Below the pieces are notes generated by a model. The model had not been told where the DNA came from, made no database searches, and saw only the letters and a program-made list of their open reading frames with translations. A stretch of 32,000 nt of DNA, taken from the NCBI RefSeq assembly GCF_000341395.1, contig NC_020304.1:1650001-1682000 (forward strand), in the 5' to 3' direction. Below, one piece after another: positions 24,813 to 32,000 of this stretch; position 1 is the stretch's first letter, and every line of letters starts with the position of its first letter. Position numbers and translations under genes: made by a program. The DNA is from Desulfocapsa sulfexigens DSM 10523. GTDB taxonomy: Bacteria; Desulfobacterota; Desulfobulbia; Desulfobulbales; Desulfocapsaceae.

Positions 24813-27308
24813 TTAGCGTCGGGGTTTGCAGCGGGCAGTTGCCTGGGCAAGCAGCGGGTTGTCTGGCCAGTAGTGTTTTGGGTACCGGCCGGCGAGTTCT
24901 TTTTTTACTTCCGGGTAGGTGTTTTTCCAGAAAGAGGGAAGGTCACCGGTTACCTGAACAGGTCGTCTCGCAGGAGAGAGGAGATGAATTGTAACGGGAA
25001 TTTTTCCATCAAAAATGGTCGGAGTTTCAGTGGCTCCAAATATTTCCTGAATACGTACAGCAAGAACTGGTGCTTCTCCGGGTAGGTATTGTATCTTAAT
25101 TCTGGAACCGCTGGGGGCTGAATAATGGCTTGGAAACAAATCGTCAAGTTTCTGCTGCTTTTTCCAGGAAAGCCTGGATAAAAGTATAGTGTGAAGGTCA
25201 AGTTTTTTGAGTTGTTTGAGGCTGGTAAGAGATCCAATGTATGGCTCAAGCCAGGAGAGGTCTTTGGCGAGTGTCTGGTCGGAGACATCGGGCCATTGGT
25301 CTGGAGCGAATTCGTGGGCTATTTGGATCTTGGTCTGGAGATCGCGGCTTTTTTGTTGCCAGTTTAAACAGTGCAGGCCGGATTGGCGAATCCCTTCTGT
25401 AAGGCAGTGGAGAATTCGTTCTGGGGAAACATTTACAAGAGCTTCTTTTTTGATTGTAAGGCTGCCAAGGGAGAGAACGGATTGGCATTCAACTCTGGAT
25501 CCTGTCCACTCCACTCTCTCTTCATTTGTTAACAGATGAGCGTGGGAAAAAAGGATTTCTTCAAGAGTCAGGGCAGCAGCGAGGAAAATACGACCCTGTT
25601 TTTTTCCACCATCGAGATGTGCCGCTACCAGGAAATCTGCTCGATGGAGGTGGTCACCTTCCGGAAGTATAGCACCCCGGCCTGATGCAAGTAAGTGCTG
25701 ACTGGTCCCGGTTGTTCTCATGGCAATGCGGTCTGGATATGCAATTGCCAGGAGATTGCCGGATTCATGAAAGTGGCTTTTAGTCTCTTCTTTGTCGTTT
25801 ATCTTCAAAATGTGCTGGTATTGCAGGGCCTCCTTAAGGATACGGCGGCAGAGTGACGGATCTGCACCCCTTGCCCGAACCATGGTGGCTCCTTCCTTTT
25901 CAAACAGGTCAAGGATATCCAGGCGGTCTTCAATATCAGAACTTTGTTGAGCATTGCCACCACGAAAAAGATCTCTATTGTGTAATAATGCAGCAAGGCG
26001 GCAGGCAAGTATGCCATGCCCCTGTTGCTTGCCGTAGAGGAGCATCAGGGCAAGACGGGGATGCAGGGGGAGAGCCCCTGCCTTTTTGCCAATGTCAGTA
26101 AGTGTTCCTTTAAGGTCAATTATTCCAAGCTGGATGAGAAGTTCCCGGGCCTGTAATACAGCTCCTTCACGAGGTGGATCAAGCCATTGGAGTTCTTTAG
26201 GATCTGATACTCCCCAGCGTAAAAGTTGAAGTATCAAGGGGGCCAGATCTGCTCCAATAATTTCGGGGGCAAGAAAATCGGCTTTTGAATGATGTTCGCT
26301 CTCAAGCCACAATCGATAACAGATTCCAGGGCCAAGGCGTCCGGCACGGCCGGCTCTTTGTTCAGCCGAAGCCTTTGATATGGGTACTGTGTGCAGAGCA
26401 GTTAAGCCACTCGTGGGGGAGAACTGAGGAACTTTCATCAGTCCGGAATCAATGACAACAGTGATGCCTTCAATCGTGAGGCTAGTTTCTGCAATAGGGG
26501 TTGCCAGGATCACTTTTCTTTTAGCCGTTACTGCAAAAATTCTATCCTGCTTTTCCTGCGGAAGGTTGCCATACAATGGCAGACAGAGAACGTCTCCAGT
26601 AATCTGTCCTTGAACTGCCTTGATTTCACCTGCACCCGGTAAAAAAACAAGGATATCCCCTGTATCCTGTGCAAGGGAACGCTGGATGGCTTTTATTGTA
26701 CGCTGAACAGGGTAGTCGGATGAGAATCGTTTGAGGTAGTGGGTGGTTACTGGAAAACATCGCCCTTTTCCAGAGATTACCGGCGCTCCCCCGAGAATCT
26801 CTGCCACCTTGGAGCTGTCCATGCTTGCAGACATAATCATAATTTTAAGATCATCTCGAAGCTGCTGGATATCTAAGCAAAGGGCCAGTGCAAGATCAGA
26901 CTGGATGGAGCGAAGGTGGAATTCATCAAAAATGACCAGTCCGATATTTGCAAGTTCAGGGTCGTTTTGAATTATTCTTATAAAGGTTCCTTCGGTCACC
27001 ACCTCAATTTTGGTGTTTCCGGATACTTTTTTGTCAAAGCGGATGCGGTAGCCAATTGTGTTGCCGATGGTGTCACCGATCAGGTCGCTCATTCGTTTGG
27101 CAGCCATGCGGGCAGCCAGTCGTCTGGGTTCCAGCATGATGATTTTTTTTCCCCCCAACCATGGTTCATCGATCAGGACAAGAGGGACAATCGTTGTTTT
27201 TCCGGAGCCGGTTTCTGCAGCAAGAACAATGGACTGGTGTTTGTTGAGGCCATATTGGATGTCAGGTAATACTGTATGTATAGGGAGGTTGGGGAGTTCA
27301 GTCTTCAT
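24813..27308 (-). CDS. hrpB: ATP-dependent helicase HrpB
   Basis: 831 aa; VLAAETGSGKTTIVPLVL, IMLEPRRLAARMAA, IIFDEFHLRSIQSDLALAL, IMSASMD, EQRAGRAGRLGPGICYRLW, typical HrpB C-terminal region. Confidence 0.95.
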   Translation of the reverse strand: MKTELPNLPIHTVLPDIQYGLNKHQSIVLAAETGSGKTTIVPLVLIDEPWLGGKKIIMLEPRRLAARMAAKRMSDLIGDTIGNTIGYRIRFDKKVSGNTKIEVVTEGTFIRIIQNDPELANIGLVIFDEFHLRSIQSDLALALCLDIQQLRDDLKIMIMSASMDSSKVAEILGGAPVISGKGRCFPVTTHYLKRFSSDYPVQRTIKAIQRSLAQDTGDILVFLPGAGEIKAVQGQITGDVLCLPLYGNLPQEKQDRIFAVTAKRKVILATPIAETSLTIEGITVVIDSGLMKVPQFSPTSGLTALHTVPISKASAEQRAGRAGRLGPGICYRLWLESEHHSKADFLAPEIIGADLAPLILQLLRWGVSDPKELQWLDPPREGAVLQARELLIQLGIIDLKGTLTDIGKKAGALPLHPRLALMLLYGKQQGHGILACRLAALLHNRDLFRGGNAQQSSDIEDRLDILDLFEKEGATMVRARGADPSLCRRILKEALQYQHILKINDKEETKSHFHESGNLLAIAYPDRIAMRTTGTSQHLLASGRGAILPEGDHLHRADFLVAAHLDGGKKQGRIFLAAALTLEEILFSHAHLLTNEERVEWTGSRVECQSVLSLGSLTIKKEALVNVSPERILHCLTEGIRQSGLHCLNWQQKSRDLQTKIQIAHEFAPDQWPDVSDQTLAKDLSWLEPYIGSLTSLKQLKKLDLHTILLSRLSWKKQQKLDDLFPSHYSAPSGSRIKIQYLPGEAPVLAVRIQEIFGATETPTIFDGKIPVTIHLLSPARRPVQVTGDLPSFWKNTYPEVKKELAGRYPKHYWPDNPLLAQATARCKPRR

Positions 27309-27507
27309 CGTCTGTATATACCATCACTTCTGGCTGGCCTCAACACGTCACGAAAAAAATACTATAAATTTACTGCAACTTCCTGGCAGAGTTGTATGAA
27401 ATGAGATTTGATACTATTTATGGATGGACATGTTGTTTGTCTATAAAATGTCTACCCCTTAAGGGGGTACTGAGAAACATGAAAAATGCAGGTTAGGAGG
27501 CAATTGT

Positions 27508-27771
27508 ATGGGAAGAGCTTTTTGGCTGACTGTTCTGGCGCTGGTGCTGCTTGGGATTATGGCTTGTACCAGTAAAGATCAGGCCTACAGAGGGGTGTAT
27601 GAAGGTTTTAGGATGAGTGACCAGAATCGTCAGGCCGAGGATCCATCCTATGATCCGGCGCAACCACTGGATCAAAAACAGCAAAGTTATGAGGAGTATA
27701 AGAGGGAGAGGGAATTACTTCTGCGCAGCAATGAATCTGCTGAAGATGATGGTCCGGGCACCCTTAATTAA
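27508..27771 (+). CDS. Small lipoprotein
   Basis: 87 aa; MGRAFWLTVLALVLLGIMACTSKDQ signal peptide with lipobox (GIMAC), hydrophilic remainder. Confidence 0.7.
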   Translation: MGRAFWLTVLALVLLGIMACTSKDQAYRGVYEGFRMSDQNRQAEDPSYDPAQPLDQKQQSYEEYKRERELLLRSNESAEDDGPGTLN

Positions 27772-27814
27772 GTGAAGCCTGCTTCCTCTGTGCTGGCTGC
27801 CTGAATACACAGAT

Positions 27815-28315
27815 TCAACTGAGTTCTGAATGGATAGTCGGATGTTTGCGTCGATAGGTGTGCAGAGTGAATCTGTCCGTTTCCCCCATTCTTTTCTCTG
27901 ACACATGGTCGAATTGTTCCTTGGGGAGATGAGGAAAAAAGACGTCTCCCTCATATTCTTTATCAAGAACGGAGAGTAGAACTGTGTCGACCATATTCAT
28001 GGCTTCGGAATAAAGAGTCCTTCCTCCAATGATGAAAATTTTCTCATAACCTTTGCAGCATTCGATCCCGGCGATAAGGTTGCTTGTCACCATGCATCCA
28101 GCTATCTGGGGATCTTTATCTCTGCTGAGCACCACATTAAAACGGCCAGGAAGGGGGCTGGCAATGGAGTCGTAGGTCTTTCTCCCCATGATCACAGCAT
28201 GGCCCATGGTGGTTTTTTTGAAAAACTGCATCTCTTCGGGAACATGCCAGGGAATGCTGTTGTTGCGACCGATTACCCTGTTGTGGGCCATGGCTGCTAT
28301 GAGAATAAGTTCCAT
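27815..28315 (-). CDS. folA: Dihydrofolate reductase
   Basis: MELILIAAMAHNRVIGRNNSIPWHVPEEMQFFKKTTMGHAVIMGRKTYDSIASPLPGRFNVVLSR, IFIIGGRTLYSEAM. Confidence 0.95.
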   Translation of the reverse strand: MELILIAAMAHNRVIGRNNSIPWHVPEEMQFFKKTTMGHAVIMGRKTYDSIASPLPGRFNVVLSRDKDPQIAGCMVTSNLIAGIECCKGYEKIFIIGGRTLYSEAMNMVDTVLLSVLDKEYEGDVFFPHLPKEQFDHVSEKRMGETDRFTLHTYRRKHPTIHSELS

Positions 28316-28486
28316 TGTGGGAGAATGTGTGAATTTAAGAAAAAAAATAGATAAAATGAAGGTGAATTGCTGTTTTTCCTGTATTTTATCTGTGGTTTTG
28401 TACTACACTTTGCCATTATACCTGTTTTATTTTCCTCTTACCGTAATTTTTTCCAGGTTAGAGTCCAAGAACCGTGGAGGCTGTAA

Positions 28487-30298
28487 ATGAATATAGATTG
28501 TCCCCATTGCGGGGTGCATGGGTCTGTAGATGATTCTCTTGCAGGAAAGAAACTGCGTTGCCCTAAATGCAGTAAGGTTTTTTTGATCACCGAGAATATC
28601 CTTCCCGAGGTTGAAGACGTTGGTATTGTGCACCAGGAAATACTGTATGATGATAAGCCCCAGGAACCTGAAATTGCCGAGCAGGAAGTGCTGGAAGTTG
28701 AAGATGATGCCGATCCCGAAGAAATCGAGGCACTGGAAGAGGAAGAAATAGCAGTAGAGATCGAAGAACCTGAGGAGCTGATTGAAGATTCGGATGAAAT
28801 TCCGACTCCCGAAGAGACACCTGTTGAAGAGGATTCGAATCTGGAAGAGTGTTCGGTCTGCGGACAGTCCTTTACACCTGAATTTATGGTAGTGGTTGGA
28901 TCTAAACGCTACTGCGCCCTCTGTCAGCCTGATTCTGAAGAAGAGGGGGGTGAGCTTCCTGACAAGACAGAGAATGACAACGACCCCGAGGAAGATGACG
29001 GTGACATTCTTGCTCTTATGGCCGATGGAGAAGAGGCTGATGTTGAAGAGGAGGGAGTTTTGCTTCAGGCCTGTTCAGGTTGTGGGGAATCACTCCACCC
29101 TGATTTCCTTGAAAAAGTTGGGGCTGAGCATTATTGTGCCCTCTGTGTTCCCGAGGACGTTGATGACTCTGATGACACTGGCGATGATGGAGGCATAGAA
29201 AATATAGAAACGGAGGAGGAAGAGGAGCCTGAACATGCCTTGCTAGAGGATGAAGAGTTGCTGGAGAAGGAATTGCCTTCCTCTGAAGATGAGAATGCTG
29301 AAGTTGCGGATGAAGATGGGTATCTCAAAGAGCCCTGCTCTGTCTGTGGTGAAGCATTTCACCCCGATTTTATGCAGGAAGTTGATGGCCAATTGTACTG
29401 TGGGGTGTGTCAGCCGGAAGTCATTGAAGAAGTGGTAAATGATGAGGAGGCGGATAGGGGTACCGATGACAGTACAGATACCATGGTTGCAGAAGATGAG
29501 GACTCTTTTGAATCCGACGCACAATTCACTATTGGTGAACTTGTAAAAGAGGCATGGCAGAAAACCAGGGGAGCAAAGGGTTCTATCTGGGGTGGTGTGA
29601 TGGCCATGTATCTGATTGTCTTTGCCGTGAGTTTTGGTGGAATGGCAGCCTCTCAGGCCTTCTATAAGGGAACTGATCCGATGGTGCTGGCAGGTGCAAA
29701 CATTACCTTGCAGCTCGTATCTAGCTGGCTTTCCATGCTTATGACTGGTGGTGTCATGCTTATCGGTGTCCGGCGTGCCCTTGAACAGCGGGTGAGTTGG
29801 AAGATGGCTTTTGCCGGTTTTTCTAAAGCTTTGTCCATGACCGTCGCGATTATTCTTCAGAGTATTCTTATTGTTATTGGGTTTATTCTCCTTGTTCTCC
29901 CGGGGATCTATCTTGCTGTTGGGTATGCCCTGACTCTGCCGCTCATTCTCGATAAGGGGATGGGGCCATGGGAGGCACTTGAAGCATCCCGCAAAGCGAT
30001 TCATAAGAAATGGTGGACTGTTTTTGGACTGTACCTGGTGATGCTGCTTATATCCACGGTTGCAGCTATTCCTCTCGGGTTGGGCCTGATATGGGTTATT
30101 CCGATGTACTTTGTTCTTGTCGGTGTCCTTTATGTACATCTTTTTGGTATCGATGAAAGTATTGAAGAAGAGTTGGATGAAGATCCTGAGGAATATTTTG
30201 AGGATGATGAAGAAGAGTATGAAGAGAGCTCAGATGATGAGTCTGAAGAACAAGATACTGAGCTGAAGGAGCCTTTCGTGGAGCCGGAAAGTAAATAG
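28487..30298 (+). CDS. Acidic membrane protein with N-terminal MJ0042-type and three further zinc-ribbon-like modules
   Basis: 603 aa; MNIDCPHCGVHGSVDDSLAGKKLRCPKCSKVF, three repeats of the type CSxCGxxxxPxFxxxVxxxxYCxxCxP separated by D/E-rich linkers, several TM segments, acidic C-terminal tail. RBS GGAGG before ATG. Confidence 0.85.
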   Translation: MNIDCPHCGVHGSVDDSLAGKKLRCPKCSKVFLITENILPEVEDVGIVHQEILYDDKPQEPEIAEQEVLEVEDDADPEEIEALEEEEIAVEIEEPEELIEDSDEIPTPEETPVEEDSNLEECSVCGQSFTPEFMVVVGSKRYCALCQPDSEEEGGELPDKTENDNDPEEDDGDILALMADGEEADVEEEGVLLQACSGCGESLHPDFLEKVGAEHYCALCVPEDVDDSDDTGDDGGIENIETEEEEEPEHALLEDEELLEKELPSSEDENAEVADEDGYLKEPCSVCGEAFHPDFMQEVDGQLYCGVCQPEVIEEVVNDEEADRGTDDSTDTMVAEDEDSFESDAQFTIGELVKEAWQKTRGAKGSIWGGVMAMYLIVFAVSFGGMAASQAFYKGTDPMVLAGANITLQLVSSWLSMLMTGGVMLIGVRRALEQRVSWKMAFAGFSKALSMTVAIILQSILIVIGFILLVLPGIYLAVGYALTLPLILDKGMGPWEALEASRKAIHKKWWTVFGLYLVMLLISTVAAIPLGLGLIWVIPMYFVLVGVLYVHLFGIDESIEEELDEDPEEYFEDDEEEYEESSDDESEEQDTELKEPFVEPESK

Positions 30299-30363
30299 TC
30301 TGTTTGTTATGTAGTAGTTCAGGTAGTGTGAAATGGTTGTGCGAGAGCAGCAGGAGATGGAAA

Positions 30364-31248
30364 ATGCGTTCCCTTAAGGTCCATCTCCTGATGTTTATCT
30401 GTGCGGCTATTGTTTCCGGTTCTTTTCCGGTGGTGGCAGCTATCAGTCATGCCCTCGACCCCATCGTTCTCACCCTGATTCGTTTTGCTCTCGCCACCAT
30501 CGTTTTTGCCCCAATCGTCTGGGTTCGTTACAGTTTTGTGATCTCTCCCGGGACTTTTTTCCGTTATTCTCTGATTTCTGCCACCCTGGTCTTTTTCTTC
30601 TGGTGTATGTTTCTCTCGCTTCGTTATACAACTGCCTTAAGCAGCAGTGCGATTTATACCATCGTTCCTGGTCTGGCCGGTGTCTACGCCATGCTTATCA
30701 ACAAGGAAAGACTTGGGAGAGCACGTTTGATAGCTCTTTTTTTAGGAATAGCAGGAGCCCTGTGGATAATTTTTAAAGGGGATGTTGCTTTGCTTGCAGA
30801 ATTTTCCTGGAATAGAGGAGATCTGATCTTTCTTGCTGGTTGTTTTTTTGTCGGCCTGTATGGCCCACTGGTTGGCTTGTTTCATCGGGGCGAGCCTATG
30901 CTGCAGATGTCCTTCTGGATCATGTTTACCGGTACCTTGTGGTTGCTTCTGCTGGCAGGGTCCAGATTGTCAGATGTCTCCTGGGCTAGTGTTTCCCTAG
31001 AGGTCTGGACCGGTATTGTCTACCTCGCAGTTTTTTCTACCAGCATTACGTTTTTTCTTACACAGTATTCCATTCTCTTTCTTGGTCCCACCCGAGTTAT
31101 GGCATACTCTTATCTCAATCCTGCATTTGTTCTTGTGCTTGACCTGTTTTTTTATGGAACATGGCCGGGAGTGCGAATTCTTCCAGGTGTTCTTATTGTT
31201 TTGGCAGCCATGGTGGTCGTACAGCGGATGAAGTCTCCAGGTAAATAA
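30364..31248 (+). CDS. EamA/DMT-family transporter
   Basis: MRSLKVHLLMFICAAIVSGSFPVVAAISHALDPIVLTLIRFALATIVFAPI, ten-TM-like pattern, SAIYTIVPGLAGVYAMLINKERLGRARLIALFLGIAGALWI. Start trimmed from 30304 to the ATG at 30364. Confidence 0.85.
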   Translation: MRSLKVHLLMFICAAIVSGSFPVVAAISHALDPIVLTLIRFALATIVFAPIVWVRYSFVISPGTFFRYSLISATLVFFFWCMFLSLRYTTALSSSAIYTIVPGLAGVYAMLINKERLGRARLIALFLGIAGALWIIFKGDVALLAEFSWNRGDLIFLAGCFFVGLYGPLVGLFHRGEPMLQMSFWIMFTGTLWLLLLAGSRLSDVSWASVSLEVWTGIVYLAVFSTSITFFLTQYSILFLGPTRVMAYSYLNPAFVLVLDLFFYGTWPGVRILPGVLIVLAAMVVVQRMKSPGK

Positions 31249-31366
31249 TACTTTTCTTCTGTTTTAAAAAAAATATTTGTGTTTTGCCCTCTTCAGCACA
31301 TATACTTCAGGTATCTATTTGTTGAGACGGTAAGCGTTGAGTATACATTAAAAATCGGGAGAACAG

Positions 31367-32000
31367 CATGTTGCGAAAATTTCTACCACAAAGTGTTAAA
31401 TTCAGGCTGCTAGGGTTAATAGGGGTTTCATTCTGTCTCCTGATTGGTGCCACAGTCTTTCTGACGGCAATGGAACGGAAAAAGACATTTCTGCAGGCAG
31501 AGGAGTTACGACTTGAGGCCAGGTATAGCGGGGTGCAAAAGGCATTTGAGGATGAGGCAACCTCTGCAACGGCTATGGCTCTTGTGGTTGCTGCCATGCC
31601 TGATGTTCAGGAGGCATTTTCTTCCCGTAATCGGGAAGAATTGACAGCATTGACTCTTCCTTTTTTTAACAGTCAAAAGGAACGGCTCTCACTGGCGCAG
31701 TTCCAGTTTCACCTTCCACCCGCAACTTCCTTTCTGAGACTTCATAAACCAGAGAAATTTGACGATGATCTTTCTTCTATTCGTCAAACGGTGGTTGAAG
31801 TAAACAGAACCAAAAAGCCAATTTCAGGGATTGAAAAAGGTGTTGCCGGCCTTGGAATAAGGGGAGTGGTTCCTGTAGCAATGAACGGGAGCCATATAGG
31901 CTCCGTGGAGTTTGGCATAAAACTCAATGATGCTCTGCTTATGCCCCTGAAGGAGACCTTGGGGGTTGATATATCAGTGGTTGTCCCCGAGGGGCAGGGG
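31367..32000 (+). CDS. Methyl-accepting chemotaxis protein / sensor with dCache_3-like domain, truncated by window end
   Basis: Hand translation: MLRKFLPQSVKFRLLGLIGVSFCLLIGATVFLTAMERKKTFLQAEELRLEARYSGVQKAFEDEATSATAMALVVAAMPDVQEAFSSRNREELTAL...FQFHLPPATSFLRLHKPEKFDDDLSSIRQTVVEVNRTKKPISGIEKGVAGLGIRGVVPVAMNGSHIGSVEFGIKL... Open to 32000. Confidence 0.8.

Noticed and set aside
29243-30139. 298 aa antisense ORF inside the zinc-ribbon membrane protein gene
   Set aside because: The sense strand has coherent motifs and an RBS; the antisense translation has none.
1-32000. CRISPR array, tRNA, rRNA, prophage or defence island
   Set aside because: By eye I saw no regularly spaced repeats, tRNA/rRNA signatures, phage structural genes or recognisable defence genes. 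A tool-based scan could still find short ncRNAs.

Overview
32 kb of mostly ordinary bacterial chromosome. The protein flavour suggests a Deltaproteobacterium/Desulfobulbales-like organism, but that is inference only. I see about 26 plausible protein-coding genes and no rRNA, tRNA or CRISPR. In order they are: a truncated lipoprotein metallopeptidase (-) next to an attC-like imperfect inverted repeat; an aldo/keto reductase and MFS transporter; a degenerate HD-type protein and two tandem PilT-family ATPases (-); a U32 peptidase; an SH3-domain protein (-); an orphan radical SAM protein; CvfB-like, GNAT, 2-hydroxyacid dehydrogenase, GDPD, Asp/Glu racemase and FAD oxidoreductase genes; SUI1/YciH, DUF2293-like and RhlE; aroC; a RAYT/IS200-like Y1 transposase with near-identical inverted flanking repeats; a DUF3592-like protein (-); a metal-efflux operon (ArsR, SO_0444-type permease, zinc-ribbon) (-); hrpB (-); a small lipoprotein; folA (-); an acidic multi-zinc-ribbon membrane protein; a DMT transporter; and a truncated dCache chemoreceptor. 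The most interesting structures are a perfect 21-bp inverted repeat with an 8-nt loop over the arsR start codon, the attC-like site beside a cassette-like lipoprotein gene, the RAYT transposon boundaries with a promoter inside the left repeat, and the triplicated zinc-ribbon/acidic-linker membrane protein. I found no convincing evidence of a wholly new multi-gene system.
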